A stretch of DNA of 64,000 nucleotides from Sphyrna mokarran. Its lineage: Eukaryota. The number at the start of each line of letters is the position of its first letter. Positions within the stretch are counted from its first letter, which is position 1. The stretch spans positions 107,446,001-107,510,000 of the forward strand of contig JAGIQG010000009.1 of the NCBI GenBank assembly GCA_024679065.1, given 5' to 3'. The position numbers were made by a program, and so were the translations under genes. The notes beneath the pieces are model-generated. The model saw only the letters and a program-made list of their open reading frames with translations, had not been told where the DNA came from and searched no databases. Below are positions 63,310 to 64,000 of this stretch, piece after piece.

Positions 63310-64000
63310 GAGAACCTTCTAGCAGGAAATGAACTTGTATTCAATAAATATTAAATTTTCCTTCAAACAAATCATAGCAGGATTGTCTCTGCACACTTTA
63401 CCAGATCCACGTCGCAGTTACGATGTGTTTTCGTCAAAGAAGGAAACTCCGTTTACGGGGATGGGGATAGTAGGGGATGGAGGAGATGGAGGTTGTTACC
63501 TACCCGCCAATCCCCAAGCTCAGTGTCATACAGAGAACAGATAGATTGAATTTACACCTAAATGTCTAGTCTGGCATCTCAAAATGGCAATTTATGCGTC
63601 ATTTAGTTTTTTGGCAAGATATACCTGTGAAGTAAATGCAGGGTCTTCAAATTGTTCAACCTCTCAGTATGCTTGTGTGGTAAAACACGCGGGTGAAGAT
63701 TGTTTCTGGAGGATTTTTGTAGTAGTGGGGTGCGTGGGATGTGGAAGCAGCAGAGACAGCAACATCTAGCTTTCTGCAATAATGCTAAATGTTTACTTAG
63801 TCATGTCACAAGAAGACTTACATTAATACTGCAATGAAGTTACTGTGAAGAATCCCCCAGCCGTCACACTCCTGCTCCTGTTCGGGTATACTGAGGGAGA
63901 ATTTAGCACGGCCAATGCAACGCGTCTTTAGAACTGTGGGAGGAAAGCGGGGAAAACACATGCAGGTACGAAGAGAAAGTGCAGACTCCGCACATCCCAG
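63310..64000. repeat. Paralog of window positions 1-680 (3' flank of an inhibitory-type gene)
   Basis: AACTTGTATTCAATAAATATT...TGTGTGGTAAAACACGCGGGTGAAGATTGTTT and the following SINE are collinear with 1-680. Confidence 0.9.

Overview
Vertebrate genomic DNA, most likely a shark (inferred from HE1-type and Deu-type SINEs plus CR1, L2, Rex and Penelope relics). The window holds a minus-strand tandem cluster of non-rearranging VJ-type Ig-superfamily receptor genes resembling NKp30/NCR3. Reconstructed exons: Gene A (leader 16860-16893, V 13683-14024, an extra stop-containing V 10667-11008, neutral TM 6678-6806, 32-nt exon 4864-4895, triple-ITIM tail 1387-1629; ~259 aa, inhibitory type). Gene B (42450-42483, 39697-40029, 34535-34684, 32736-32767, 26688-26939; ~266 aa, inhibitory type). 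Gene C (54743-54776, 53631-53972 and an Arg-containing TM/short-tail exon at 50262-50455 that the ORF track misses; ~189 aa, activating type). A frameshifted orphan copy of the activating TM exon lies at 24820-25005, and the probable 3' flank of a fourth gene starts near 63310. The array reads as repeated [activating + inhibitory] paired-receptor cassettes, and the B and C ligand-binding exons look homogenised. Other features: a U1 snRNA pseudogene (intact in B, rearranged in A), a solo LTR that appears to have destroyed a cytoplasmic exon, a young CR1 insertion and many SINEs. Exon boundaries were read by eye; repeat boundaries are approximate.
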